In this document: piece after piece, positions 53,929 to 63,806 of the stretch
Numbering within the stretch: the first letter of the stretch is position 1
Layout of the letters: each line of letters opens with the position of its first letter
Assembly: GCA_038250545.1 (NCBI GenBank)
Contig: JBBSCF010000008.1
Location: 23,519-87,518 of the forward strand
Reading direction: 5' to 3'
From: Candidatus Limnocylindrales bacterium
GTDB taxonomy: Bacteria > Chloroflexota > Limnocylindria > Limnocylindrales > CSP1-4
Length of the DNA: 64,000 nucleotides
The notes under the pieces: generated by a model
Seen by the model: the letters and a program-made list of their open reading frames with translations, nothing else
What the model was told of the DNA's origin: nothing
The model's database searches: none
Translations under genes and position numbers: made by a program

Positions 53929-55167
53929 ATGACCCGCCGCGGTGCCGCCGCGGGGCCCGCGAGCCCCGTCTCACCCAGCCCCACCGGCACCGCCGAGCCC
54001 GAGCCGGAGCCCCCGGTCCTCTCCATCGTCCCGTCCTGGGTCACCTACGGGTTCCAGTTCATCGCGATCGGGGCCTGGACCGCGTATGCCACCGTCTACT
54101 TCGCGGAGCTGGGCCTCGACCTCGCGATCATCGGCGTGCTGGCGGCCGTCCCGGCCGCTGTCGCCGTCGTCGCGGGCCCGCTGTGGGGCCTCGTGGCCGA
54201 TCGGCTGGGCGACATGCGCGCGCCGTACCTCGTGGCAGCGCTCATCGCCGCGGGGGCCGGCCTCGCCCTCGCCGGGGCGCCGGACATGCCTGGGCTCGTG
54301 ATCGCCGTCCTCGTGCTCTCCGTGGGGTCCGCCGGCCTTACGCCGCTCCTGGACGCCCGGACCATCCAGCGCATCTGGCCGCGCCGCGAGCGGTTCGGGC
54401 AGGCCCGGGTCGCGGGGTCGCTGGCGTTCATGGTCGGGACGACCGGGACCGGGATCATCATCGCCGCCACGGAGCTGCGGGCCCTGTTCGTGGTCTATGC
54501 GGCGTCAATGGCCGCGGCAGGGCTCGCGGCCGCGGTCCTGCTGGGTCGACCGGACCGCGCCCAGCGGGTGGGCTCGGTGGGTCCGGTCGCGGCCCTCCGC
54601 CTGCTGCGGCTGCCGGGGCTCGGGCTGTTCTTCGCCGGGTCCTGCGTCATGTGGGTGTCGGCCGTGGGCTCCATGACCCTGTTCTCGCTGCGCGTCGTGG
54701 AGCTGGGCGGCGACACCACGCTCGTCGGCGTGGGCTGGGCGACTTCGGCGCTGTTCGAGGTCCCGATCATGGTCCTGTTCTCGAGGCTGGTGCGACGGCT
54801 GGGCGTGGAGCGGCTGATCTTCGCCGGGTCGCTGCTGTTCATCGCGCGGGCGGTGCTGTGGACGCTGGCCGGCAGCCCGGCCTGGCTGATCGCGTTCACC
54901 TCGCTCGGCGGCAGCGGCTACGCGCTCGCGATGGTGGGCACCACCAGCTATGTCGCGTCGCGCGTGCCGGCGAACCTCCAGGCGACCGCGCAGGCCCTGT
55001 TCGGCAGCACCACCTTCGCGTTCGGGACCATCGCCGGGGCGATCCTCGCCGGCCAGGTGGCGGAGATCGGCGGGCTCTGGGCGGTCTTCCCGGCCGGCGG
55101 CGTCGTGGCCGCGATCGGGGCGGTCCTCATCGGGCTGGCACTGCGGCAGGGCCGAGCGACGGCGTAG
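53929..55167 (+). CDS. MFS transporter
   Basis: 12 hydrophobic segments. GPLWGLVADRLGDMR loop motif. 412 aa. Confidence 0.85.
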   Translation: MTRRGAAAGPASPVSPSPTGTAEPEPEPPVLSIVPSWVTYGFQFIAIGAWTAYATVYFAELGLDLAIIGVLAAVPAAVAVVAGPLWGLVADRLGDMRAPYLVAALIAAGAGLALAGAPDMPGLVIAVLVLSVGSAGLTPLLDARTIQRIWPRRERFGQARVAGSLAFMVGTTGTGIIIAATELRALFVVYAASMAAAGLAAAVLLGRPDRAQRVGSVGPVAALRLLRLPGLGLFFAGSCVMWVSAVGSMTLFSLRVVELGGDTTLVGVGWATSALFEVPIMVLFSRLVRRLGVERLIFAGSLLFIARAVLWTLAGSPAWLIAFTSLGGSGYALAMVGTTSYVASRVPANLQATAQALFGSTTFAFGTIAGAILAGQVAEIGGLWAVFPAGGVVAAIGAVLIGLALRQGRATA

Positions 55168-55533
55168 GCCGGGGCGAGTCGCGGGTCAGCGGCCTCGCGG
55201 GTATCCGCCAGGGGATGTCAGGGCGGGGCACCCCTCGGAGCTGGTGGCCCGGGATGACGATACGGGGGGCGAGCTCCTCGAGGTGATGCGCCGGCTCATC
55301 CCGTGGAGGATCCGACGACCGCCTGGGTCGTCGCCAGCGGCCGTTGAGCGGCACGGATCGACCACGGAATCGGCCTCCCGACGGCCCCGAATGGGACGGC
55401 TGCTCACGGACCGGCGTCCTGACGTGGTCGACCTGTGACTGCCCGGCACGATCGGCGCCTGCGGGCTGGATCGTCATGACCGCGACCGTGGGGGCGGGCC
55501 CGTGAGCCGCGGGATGACTCCGGCGTCACCCGC

Positions 55534-56367
55534 TCAGAGCACCCGCTCGTTGTCGATGAGGCGGACCTCGTCGATCCGGACCGCGAGCGACAGCAGTGCC
55601 CGCCCGGCGACCGTCGCCAGCTCCTCGAGGGAGTCCGGGTCCGCCACCGACACGTAGTCCGGCGTCGCCGCGGGCTCCGACGCCAGGACCGCCAGCATCG
55701 CGTCGCGCACCGCTGCCGCGGACCCCTCGCCGGATCGCACGCACTCGGCACCCGCCAGGAGCGCACGCCGCAGGACGGACGCCCTCGCGCGACCCTCGGA
55801 CGTCAGCCGCGCGTTCCGCGACGACATCGCGAGGCCATCCGGCTCCCGCACGGTCTCGCATGGGACGACCTCGGTCGGCAGCGCGAGGTCCAGGGCCATG
55901 CGCGAGATCACCCGGACCTGCTGGTAGTCCTTGAGCCCGAAGTAGGCCCGCTCCGCCCCAACCAGCGCGAACAGGATCGCGACCACGGTCGCCACCCCGT
56001 CGAAGTGCCCGGGCCGCGCCGCGCCCTCGAGCGGTAGCGAGATGGCCCCCACGCTGACGACGGTGTCGAAGCCCGGCGGGTAGACGGCCTCCGCGGTGGG
56101 CGCGAACACGATGTCGACACCCGCCGCCTCGGCCTTCGCGAGGTCGCGCGCCTCGTTGCGCGGGTACCGCTCGAAGTCGGCCGTCTCTCCGAACTGCTTC
56201 GGGTTGACGAAGATCGACATGACCACGGTCGCGCTCTCCGCCCGCGCCCGCTCCACGAGCGAGACGTGCCCCGCGTGGAGCCAGCCCATCGTGGGTACGA
56301 GGCCGATCGGCCGCGGCGCGGAGGACAGGACCGCGCGGAGCTCGGCGCGGGTGCGGACGACCTGCAC
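55534..56367 (-). CDS. panC: Pantoate--beta-alanine ligase
   Basis: GLVPTMGWLHAGHVSLV (HxGH), SIFVNPKQF. Confidence 0.93.
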   Translation of the reverse strand: MQVVRTRAELRAVLSSAPRPIGLVPTMGWLHAGHVSLVERARAESATVVMSIFVNPKQFGETADFERYPRNEARDLAKAEAAGVDIVFAPTAEAVYPPGFDTVVSVGAISLPLEGAARPGHFDGVATVVAILFALVGAERAYFGLKDYQQVRVISRMALDLALPTEVVPCETVREPDGLAMSSRNARLTSEGRARASVLRRALLAGAECVRSGEGSAAAVRDAMLAVLASEPAATPDYVSVADPDSLEELATVAGRALLSLAVRIDEVRLIDNERVL

Positions 56368-56379
56368 GAGGGGTGGCGT

Positions 56380-57294
56380 TTAGAGGTCGCGGTCGAGCGG
56401 GATCCCGCCGAGCTCGATGAGGTCGCCGGCGCGGTCCTGGTCCGTCCGTCCCAGCACCTCGTCGAGCACCGACGGGTCCATCAGCACGGTCTCGGGGGGG
56501 CCGGGAAAGTCGCCGGCCTCCACGTCCGCGCGGTACGCCTGGATCGCCGCCAGGATCGTCCCGCGGAGGTCCGCGTACTTGCGCGCGTGCTTCGGCGTCC
56601 AGTCGCCCCAGCCGAGCGTGTCGCTGATGACCTGGATCTGGCCGGAGCACCCGGCACCCGCGCCGATCCCGATCGTCGGGATCCGCAGGCGCTCCGTGAT
56701 CGCCTGGGCGAGCTGTCCCGGGACCAGCTCCAGCACGACCGCGAAGGCGCCGGCCTCCTGGACCGCGAGGGCATCGGCGAGCAGCGCGCGCGCCTGCTCC
56801 TTGTTCTTGCCCTGGACCCGCACGCGGCCGATGGCGTTGATCGCCTGCGGCGTCAGCCCGATGTGGGCCATCACCGGGATCCCGGCCCGGACCAGCGCCT
56901 CGATCGTGCGGGCGCTGCGGACGCCGCCCTCGAGCTTGACCGCCTGCGCGCCACCCTCGCGCAGGAAGCGGCCGGCGTTGGCCACCGCGTCCTCGGGCGT
57001 GGAGTAGGACAGGAACGGCATGTCCCCCACGACGATGGCGCGCTTGCTGCCCCGGACCACGGCCTTGGTGTGGTGGAGCATCTCGTCCATCGAGACACGG
57101 ACGGTCGTGTCGTAGCCCAGCATCACCTGCGCGAGCGAGTCGCCCACGAGGATCAGCGGGATGCCGGCCTCGTCCACGAGCGCGGCGGTGGGAAAGTCGT
57201 ACGCGGTGATCGTCGCGATACGCGTGCCGTCGGCGTACAGCTTCGCGATGTCGACGACCGACAGCCGGCGGACGGTCTCGGACTGGGCGCTCAT
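56380..57294 (-). CDS. panB: 3-methyl-2-oxobutanoate hydroxymethyltransferase
   Basis: ITAYDFPTA, LVGDSLAQVMLGYDTT, VVGDMPFLSY, VKLEGG. Confidence 0.93.
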   Translation of the reverse strand: MSAQSETVRRLSVVDIAKLYADGTRIATITAYDFPTAALVDEAGIPLILVGDSLAQVMLGYDTTVRVSMDEMLHHTKAVVRGSKRAIVVGDMPFLSYSTPEDAVANAGRFLREGGAQAVKLEGGVRSARTIEALVRAGIPVMAHIGLTPQAINAIGRVRVQGKNKEQARALLADALAVQEAGAFAVVLELVPGQLAQAITERLRIPTIGIGAGAGCSGQIQVISDTLGWGDWTPKHARKYADLRGTILAAIQAYRADVEAGDFPGPPETVLMDPSVLDEVLGRTDQDRAGDLIELGGIPLDRDL

Positions 57295-57309
57295 CGGGTG
57301 GTCTCCATG

Positions 57310-58611
57310 TCAGGAAGTGTGCGCCCGGGCGTCGCGAGCGTCCAGCACCCCCACCACGCGGTCCAGGAGCCGGTCCGCAACCTCGCGCTTGGTGAGCAGC
57401 GGCAGGTCGTCGCGCGAGCCGTCGGCGGCCAGGATCACGACCCGGTTGGTGTCGGTCCCGAACCCGGAGCCGGGCTCCGAGACGTCGTTCGCGACGAGGA
57501 GGTCCGCGCCCTTGCGGCGGAGCTTGTCCGGGGCGCGATCGAGCGAGCCAGTCTCGGCGGCGAACCCGACGATGATCGGGCGGGGCTCCATCTCCCGGGC
57601 GCGCGCGCCCACCTCGGCGAGGATGTCCTCGGTCGGCACGAGCTCCAGGGTCATGCCCTCGCCGCGGGTGAGCTTGGTGTCCGCGGCGGCCCTGGGGCGG
57701 AAGTCGGCGACCGCGGCGGCCATGACGAGGACGTCGGCCGGGTGGTCGATGACGGCGTCGATGACCGCGGCGCGCATCTGGGCGGTGGACTCGGCACGGA
57801 CGACGGACGCGCGGGCCGGCAGGTCCATCTCGACCCGCCCCGCGACGAGCGTCACGCGCGCGCCGCGCGCCAGCGCTGCCTCGGCGATCGCGACGCCCAT
57901 CTTGCCCGTGCTGCGGTTGCCGATGAACCGGACGGGATCGATAGCCTCCGCCGTCCCGCCGGCACTCACGACCACGTGGCGGCCCTCGAGGTCCGGCTCG
58001 ACCCAGGGTTCCGTGGCGGGCGGTCGTTCCGCGGCGTCGGGCTGGCGCACGGGCCGGCCTTCGACCGCGGCCACCACCGCGTCCACGATCAGCGGCAGGT
58101 CCGCGAGCCGCCCGATCCCGCTCTGCCCGGACGCCAGCGACCCGATCTCCGGGGGCACGATCCGGTACCCGAAGTCCCGCACGAGGCGCGCCACGTTGTC
58201 CCGCGTCGCCCGGTGGGTCCACATGTCGCCGTCCATCGCGGGCGCGACCACCACCGGCGCGCTCGTCGCGAGGCATGCCGCGGTCACGGTGTCGCTCGCG
58301 ATCCCGTTCGCCATCGCGCCCAGCCAGCGCGCGGTCGCCGGGGCGATCACGAGCGCGTCGGCCGCGTCCGCGACCACGATGTGGCCGATGCGCTGGTCCG
58401 GCAGCAGGCCCAGGACGTCGGTCTCGACGGCGTGGCGGCTCAGGGCCCCGAAGGTGAGGGGGCCGACGAACTGTTGCGCCGCCGGCGTCAGCATCACCAC
58501 GACATCCGCGCCCTCCATGCGCAGGAGCCGCAGCAGCTCCACGGCCTTGTACGCGGCGATCGACCCGCAGACGCCGAGGCCGATCAGCCGGCCCTCGAGG
58601 CGCCCGCTCAT
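57310..58611 (-). CDS. coaBC: Bifunctional phosphopantothenoylcysteine decarboxylase / phosphopantothenate--cysteine ligase
   Basis: N-terminal flavoprotein GVCGSIAAYK, PAMDGDMW. C-terminal ligase half ISAGGTAEAIDPVRFIGNRSTGKMG, AAVADF. 433 aa. Confidence 0.93.
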   Translation of the reverse strand: MSGRLEGRLIGLGVCGSIAAYKAVELLRLLRMEGADVVVMLTPAAQQFVGPLTFGALSRHAVETDVLGLLPDQRIGHIVVADAADALVIAPATARWLGAMANGIASDTVTAACLATSAPVVVAPAMDGDMWTHRATRDNVARLVRDFGYRIVPPEIGSLASGQSGIGRLADLPLIVDAVVAAVEGRPVRQPDAAERPPATEPWVEPDLEGRHVVVSAGGTAEAIDPVRFIGNRSTGKMGVAIAEAALARGARVTLVAGRVEMDLPARASVVRAESTAQMRAAVIDAVIDHPADVLVMAAAVADFRPRAAADTKLTRGEGMTLELVPTEDILAEVGARAREMEPRPIIVGFAAETGSLDRAPDKLRRKGADLLVANDVSEPGSGFGTDTNRVVILAADGSRDDLPLLTKREVADRLLDRVVGVLDARDARAHTS

Positions 58612-59417
58612 CGCGTGCCGTCCACGGGCTCGCCGCCCGCGACCTCGTGGTAGAGGATCGCAAGGCCCTTGAGGGTGAGGTCGGGGTCGATGGCCTCGAC
58701 GCCGTCGACGTCCCTGGCCCAGGGCTCCATCGAGAGGCCGCCGGTGAGGATCCAGCGGACCTGGTCCAGGCTCGTGCCCGTGAGCTCGGCGAGCTCCTGG
58801 CGGATCCGCGCGAGGAGGCCGGTCACGGCGGCCTGGTAGCCGAAGACCGTGCCGCTCTGCATCGCGCTCACGGTGTCGCGGCCGATCGCCCGGTCCGGCG
58901 TCCGGAGCTCGATCCGCGGCAGGCGCGCGGTGTTCCCCGCCAGCGCCTCGAGGCCGAGCTTCAGGCCGGGGGCGATCGCGCCACCCAGGAACGCGCCGTC
59001 AGGGCCGACGCAGTCGTAGGTCGTGGCCGTGCCCATGTCCACGACGACCGCCGGGCAGCCGTACAGCCGCTGGGCGGCCAGGGCGTTCACGATCCGGTCG
59101 GGGCCCACCTCGCTCGGGCGGTCCACGCGGATGGCGATGGGGACGGTGCCGGGGGCGGCGACGAGGATCGGGATGCCGCGGCGGTTCGCGACGGCCTCGA
59201 CCATCGCCGTCTGCGAGGGGACCACCGACACGAGGGCCGCGGCGCTCACGCCATCGAGGGTCCGCTCGTCGAGCCCGAGGAGGCCCTCGAGCAGCAGCTC
59301 CATCTCGTCGGCGGTCGATGCCCGGTTCGTCGCCGCGCGCCGCGTGGCCACGATGGACCCGCCGTCCAGGAGGCCCAGCGTCAGGTTGGTGTTCCCGATA
59401 TCGACGGCGATGAGCAT
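58608..59417 (-). CDS. coaX: Type III pantothenate kinase
   Basis: Internal ATG. MLIAVDIGNTN, DRIVNA, VVDMGTATT. 4-nt overlap with coaBC. Confidence 0.9.
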   Translation of the reverse strand: MLIAVDIGNTNLTLGLLDGGSIVATRRAATNRASTADEMELLLEGLLGLDERTLDGVSAAALVSVVPSQTAMVEAVANRRGIPILVAAPGTVPIAIRVDRPSEVGPDRIVNALAAQRLYGCPAVVVDMGTATTYDCVGPDGAFLGGAIAPGLKLGLEALAGNTARLPRIELRTPDRAIGRDTVSAMQSGTVFGYQAAVTGLLARIRQELAELTGTSLDQVRWILTGGLSMEPWARDVDGVEAIDPDLTLKGLAILYHEVAGGEPVDGTR

Positions 59418-59592
59418 GTCGGGATGATACGCGGGCCCCCGGCAGCCGCGGCACTCGAGCCGCCCACCATCGCCCCGACCGTGCAAACTCTACCCACCCG
59501 CAACCATCCCCCCGCGTTACGATCCGCCGTGTCGTGACGCCCCCGGGAGGGCGGCGCGGCGAGCCGCTAGTCCAGCCCCTTCGAGCACGAGG

Positions 59593-60036
59593 TTGGAGCC
59601 CACCGTGGCGAGCGATCCGCCCGCGAAGTTCTTCGTCAACCAGGGTCTCGTGACCAGCCGGACCGACGTCCAGCACCTCCTCCGTCCGATCCTCAAGCAG
59701 ACCGTCTCGTACCGGTTCTACCGGGGACGGGACCTCGTCGCGCACGGGACGGGATGGGTGGAGCGGATCGTCGCGGACGAGCCGGGGGTGTCGACGTACT
59801 TCACGCCGATCGCGATCACGATCAACGTGGACTCCTTCGAGCATCTCGAGTTCGAGACGCGCCCCGACCAGCTGCTCGTGTACACCCTGGTGCAGGGCGA
59901 CGAGCGGGTGGTCATCGAGTTTGTGCCGGGTCGCGGCGATGACGGTGAGGGGCCGTCGATGCCGCGCCAGCTGGAGCTCGGCATGGAGGGCTTCGTCCAG
60001 ATGGAGCTTCTCGGCCTCGAGGGATCCGAGGAGTAG
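59593..60036 (+). CDS. Hypothetical protein (~143-147 aa)
   Basis: Non-repetitive sequence with an acidic C-terminus. The start is either TTG 59593 or, more likely, GTG 59605 (GGAG 6 nt upstream). Confidence 0.6.
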   Translation: MEPTVASDPPAKFFVNQGLVTSRTDVQHLLRPILKQTVSYRFYRGRDLVAHGTGWVERIVADEPGVSTYFTPIAITINVDSFEHLEFETRPDQLLVYTLVQGDERVVIEFVPGRGDDGEGPSMPRQLELGMEGFVQMELLGLEGSEE

Positions 60037-60066
60037 CCGGAACCGCCGGCCCCCGAAGACTCCGGG

Positions 60067-61035
60067 CTACCGGCCTCGCTCGCCCCGCGCGTAGGGGATT
60101 CCGAGGGCGGCCGGCGCGCCGATCCGCTTGCGCATCGCCTCGCGTGACCCGGCCACGAGCGCGACCAGGACCAGCGCGTAGGGGAGCATCTCGAGGAAGA
60201 ACGTGTTCGGGTGGTACTGGAAGAAGGGGTTCGCCAGGCCGAGGATCGTGGGCGGCAGCTGCATCGCCAGGGTGAGCTGGACGACCGCGCCGAACAGATA
60301 GGCGCCGGCCGCGGCCCGGAACGGCGACCACTGGGCGAAGATGACGAGCCCCACCGCGATCCACCCGCGCCCGTTCACGGTGAGGGCACCAAACCAGCCC
60401 GGCTGCACGGCGAGCGTGATCGTCGCCCCGGCCAGACCGGACAGCATCCCGCCCACGAACACGTACCGGTAGCGGGTCGCGTACACGCTCACGCCGAGCG
60501 CGTCCGCGGCTGCGGGCTCCTCGCCCACCGCCCGCAGGTGAAGGCCGGGCCGTGTCCGGTTGATCCAGTACCAGACTGCCGGCACCAGCAGGTAGCCGAC
60601 GTAGACCAGGATGCTCTGCTCGGTGAACGCGATCGGCCCGAGCACCGGGACCTGCGAGAGCACCGGGACGGAGAAGCGGGGCAGGAGGGAGATGGCTCCC
60701 GCCTTGCTGAGCCCCTCCCCGAGCACGGCCGCCAGGCCGGATCCGAGGAACGTCAGCGCCAGGCCGGAGACGACCTGGTCCGCGCGGAAGGTGATCGTGA
60801 TGATCGCGTGGAGCAGGCTGAGCAGCCCGCCCGCGAGCATCGCGGTCGCAACGCCGAGCCAGGGGTTGCCGGTCGACACGGCGGTGGCGTAGCCCACGAC
60901 GGCGCCGATGAGCATCATCCCCTCGACGCCGAGGTTGATCACCCCGGCTCGCTCGGCGAGGATCTCGCCCACGGCCGCGAACAGGAGGATCGTTCCGACC
61001 GCGATCCCGGCCGCGGCGATCAGCTGGAGGTCCAC
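60067..61035 (-). CDS. ABC transporter permease (BMP/ribose-type, NupQ/YufQ-like)
   Basis: FAAVGEILAERAGVINLGVEGMMLIGA is typical of the BPD_transp_2 family. 322 aa. Confidence 0.88.
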   Translation of the reverse strand: MDLQLIAAAGIAVGTILLFAAVGEILAERAGVINLGVEGMMLIGAVVGYATAVSTGNPWLGVATAMLAGGLLSLLHAIITITFRADQVVSGLALTFLGSGLAAVLGEGLSKAGAISLLPRFSVPVLSQVPVLGPIAFTEQSILVYVGYLLVPAVWYWINRTRPGLHLRAVGEEPAAADALGVSVYATRYRYVFVGGMLSGLAGATITLAVQPGWFGALTVNGRGWIAVGLVIFAQWSPFRAAAGAYLFGAVVQLTLAMQLPPTILGLANPFFQYHPNTFFLEMLPYALVLVALVAGSREAMRKRIGAPAALGIPYARGERGR

Positions 61036-61036
61036 G

Positions 61037-62158
61037 CTACCCCTCCACGCCGGCGACCGCGCCCGCGACCGAGGGGCGACGGGCGAGGCCGACCCGGTAG
61101 CGGAGGAAGACCTCGCTCGCGATCAGGCAGAACAGGATGATCCCCTGGATCATCCCCGGCACGCCCGAGGGCTGGATCTCGCGGCCGGCGAGGATCAGCG
61201 CCCCGAACAGGATCGCGACCGGCACGACCCGCAAGGGGTGGAACTTCGCCAGGTACGCGACGATGATCGCCGTGTACCCGTAGCCGGGCGAGAAGTTGTC
61301 CTGGAGGCGGTGCACGACGCCCGAGATCTCCGCCATCCCGGCGATCCCGGCCAGACCGCCGGAGATCGCGAACACGAGCAGGATGTTCCGGGCGATCCGG
61401 ATGCCGGCGTACCGGGCCGTCCGCGGGCTGTCGCCGATGAGCCGGATCTCGTACCCCCAGGCGCTGCGCTGCACGATGAACCAGACGGCCACGGCGGCGA
61501 GCAGTGCCAGGAGGAAGCCGGCGTGGACGGTGAGGCCGCGCAACGCCGGGACGGCATCGGCAAGGTCGCTGAGGCGTGGCAGCCAGGCCGTGGTCGGGAA
61601 CTGCTTGCTCATCTGGAAGCCGCCCTCGGTCCACGGCCCGAACACCCAGTACTGGATCCAGGCGAAGGCGATGCTGTTGAGCATCAGCGTGGCGATGATC
61701 TCGTTGACGCCGAACCGTGCCTTGAGCACGCCGGGGATGAGGCCCCACAGCGCGCCACCCAGGAACCCGGCGACCAGCATCGCGCCCAGCAGGATCGGTC
61801 CGGGCGCGCCGGCGGGCACGAGCGGGACGAGCACGACCGCGCTCGCCGCCCAGGCCCCGAACAGCAGCTGGCCCTCCGCGCCGATGTTCCACAGCCGCAT
61901 CCGGAAGGCGAGCGCACAGGCGAGGCCCGTCAGGATGAGCGGGGTCGACTTGACGAGCGTGTCCGAGATGGCGCCGACGCTGCCGAGCGAGGAGCCCACG
62001 ATATGGAGGTAGACCCGGATCGGGTCGGCGCCCGCGAGCATCAGGATGAGGCCCGAGACGACGAGGGCGACGATGAGGGCGACGGTCGTCAGCGCCGGCG
62101 ACAGCCAGCGCGAGGCCTCGAGCCGGGGCTCCAGGCGCAGCGTGAACGGCAGCCTCAT
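61037..62158 (-). CDS. ABC transporter permease (BMP/ribose-type, NupP/YufP-like)
   Basis: NIGAEGQLLFGAWA motif and about 9-10 TM segments. The start overlaps the ATPase stop. Confidence 0.88.
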   Translation of the reverse strand: MRLPFTLRLEPRLEASRWLSPALTTVALIVALVVSGLILMLAGADPIRVYLHIVGSSLGSVGAISDTLVKSTPLILTGLACALAFRMRLWNIGAEGQLLFGAWAASAVVLVPLVPAGAPGPILLGAMLVAGFLGGALWGLIPGVLKARFGVNEIIATLMLNSIAFAWIQYWVFGPWTEGGFQMSKQFPTTAWLPRLSDLADAVPALRGLTVHAGFLLALLAAVAVWFIVQRSAWGYEIRLIGDSPRTARYAGIRIARNILLVFAISGGLAGIAGMAEISGVVHRLQDNFSPGYGYTAIIVAYLAKFHPLRVVPVAILFGALILAGREIQPSGVPGMIQGIILFCLIASEVFLRYRVGLARRPSVAGAVAGVEG

Positions 62159-63792
62159 CGGCCCCCACCCTCGGCGACCGGCCCGGTGGCGGTGTTGCCT
62201 CCATCGCCGCCCGTCATCAGCAGCCCGATCCGGTTCACGTCGGCGTCGGCAGCATCCATGATCCCGACGATGCGGCCCTCGTACAGCACGGCGATCCGGT
62301 CCGACAGGCTGAGCACCTCGTCGAGGTCCTCCGAGATGAGCAGGATGGCGGCGCCCGCCGCGCGCCGCTCCATGAGCAGGCGGTGTGCGGATTCCACGGC
62401 GCCCACGTCGAGCCCGCGCGTGGGCTGGACGGCGATCATCAGACGAGGCTCGGACTCGATCTCGCGGGCGAGGATCAGGCGCTGGATGTTGCCGCCCGAG
62501 AGCAGGCGCGCCTGCGTCTCGACGGACGGGGCCGAGATCTCGTAGCTATCCTTGAGCTCGGTCGCGGAGGCCCGGGCGGCACCCATGTCGATCGTCCAGC
62601 CGCGGGCGATCGGCTTGGCGCGGTACCGCTTCATGATGAGGTTGTCGACCAGCGACAGGTTGGGCGCGGTGCCGACGCCCGTCCGATCCTCGGGGACGTG
62701 CGCCACGCCTCGCTGGATCGCCTTGCGCACCGGCCGGTTGGCCATGTCCTCGCCGCCGACCAGGACCCGACCGCGGCATTGGCGGAGGCCGCTGATGACC
62801 TCAGCCAGCTCGCTCTGGCCGTTGCCCGCGACGGCCGCGATCCCGACGATCTCGCCCGAGCGGACCTGGAGGTCGACGCCGCGCAGCGCCGGGACGCCCT
62901 TGTCGCCCTCCGCCTCGACCTGTTCGAGGGACAGCACGACGTCGCCGGGGGGCAGCCACGTCCGCTCGAGGCTCTCGAGGACCTCGCGGCCGACCATCAG
63001 CCGGGCCAGCTGGGGCTTGGTCATGCCTGCCGCCGGGAGCCCCTTCGCCGTCACCCTGCCCCGGCGCATGACGGTGACCCGGTCCGCGATGGCGACGACC
63101 TCACCCAGCTTGTGGCTGATGAACACGATGCTGCGCCCCGCCGACGTCATGGACCGCAGGGTCCGGAACAGGTCGTCGATCTCCTGCGGGGCGAGGACCG
63201 CGGTGGGCTCGTCCAGGATCAGGACCCGGGCGCCGCGGTAGAGCACCTTGAGGATCTCGACCCGCTGGCGCTCGCCGACGGACAGCTGCCAGACCTTGGC
63301 GCGCGGGTCGATGCGGAGGCCATGCTGCTCCGCGAGACGCGCGATCTCCACGTCCTGCCTGTCCAGCCGCAGCCGGAAGCGGGGCCGGTCGAGGCCGATG
63401 AGGACGTTCTCGGTGACGCTCATCGAGGCGACCAGCGTGAAGTGCTGGTGGACCATCCCGAGCCCCGCGGCGATCGCGTCCCGCGGGGAGCGGAACGCCA
63501 CGGGCCGCCCGTCGATGAGGATCTCCCCCGCATCGGGCTGGTACAGCCCGTCGAGGATGTTCATGAGGGTGCTCTTCCCGGCGCCGTTCTCGCCGAGGAG
63601 GGCGTGGATCTCGCCGGCCGCAAGCACGAGATCGACGCCGTCGTTGGCGACGACGCCCGGGAACCGCTTGACGATGCCGCGGAGCTCGACGGACGGCGCC
63701 GGGGTGGCGACGTCCGTCGGTTGCTGTCCGTTCACCTGGTGGTCGTCGATGTCGGTGGGTGCTCCGCGCATGTGCTCGGCACCCACCCGCAT
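62155..63792 (-). CDS. ABC transporter ATP-binding protein with duplicated ATPase domains (RbsA/NupO-like)
   Basis: First Walker A GENGAGKST, LSVGERQR, ILDEPT. Second domain GVAGNGQSE, LSGGNIQR. The start is ATG 63792 or 63771. The longer track ORF would overlap the upstream gene. Confidence 0.88.
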   Translation of the reverse strand: MRVGAEHMRGAPTDIDDHQVNGQQPTDVATPAPSVELRGIVKRFPGVVANDGVDLVLAAGEIHALLGENGAGKSTLMNILDGLYQPDAGEILIDGRPVAFRSPRDAIAAGLGMVHQHFTLVASMSVTENVLIGLDRPRFRLRLDRQDVEIARLAEQHGLRIDPRAKVWQLSVGERQRVEILKVLYRGARVLILDEPTAVLAPQEIDDLFRTLRSMTSAGRSIVFISHKLGEVVAIADRVTVMRRGRVTAKGLPAAGMTKPQLARLMVGREVLESLERTWLPPGDVVLSLEQVEAEGDKGVPALRGVDLQVRSGEIVGIAAVAGNGQSELAEVISGLRQCRGRVLVGGEDMANRPVRKAIQRGVAHVPEDRTGVGTAPNLSLVDNLIMKRYRAKPIARGWTIDMGAARASATELKDSYEISAPSVETQARLLSGGNIQRLILAREIESEPRLMIAVQPTRGLDVGAVESAHRLLMERRAAGAAILLISEDLDEVLSLSDRIAVLYEGRIVGIMDAADADVNRIGLLMTGGDGGNTATGPVAEGGGR

Positions 63793-63806
63793 CGCGATCC
63801 GTGCGC

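Noticed and set aside
55168-55533. 366-nt gap between the MFS gene and panC, with several listed ORFs (55127..55477-, 55186..55449-, 54950..55438+).
   Set aside because: All translations are Arg/Ser/Pro-rich with no motif, RBS or -10 box. I could not identify a structured RNA or repeat, so the gap is left unannotated.
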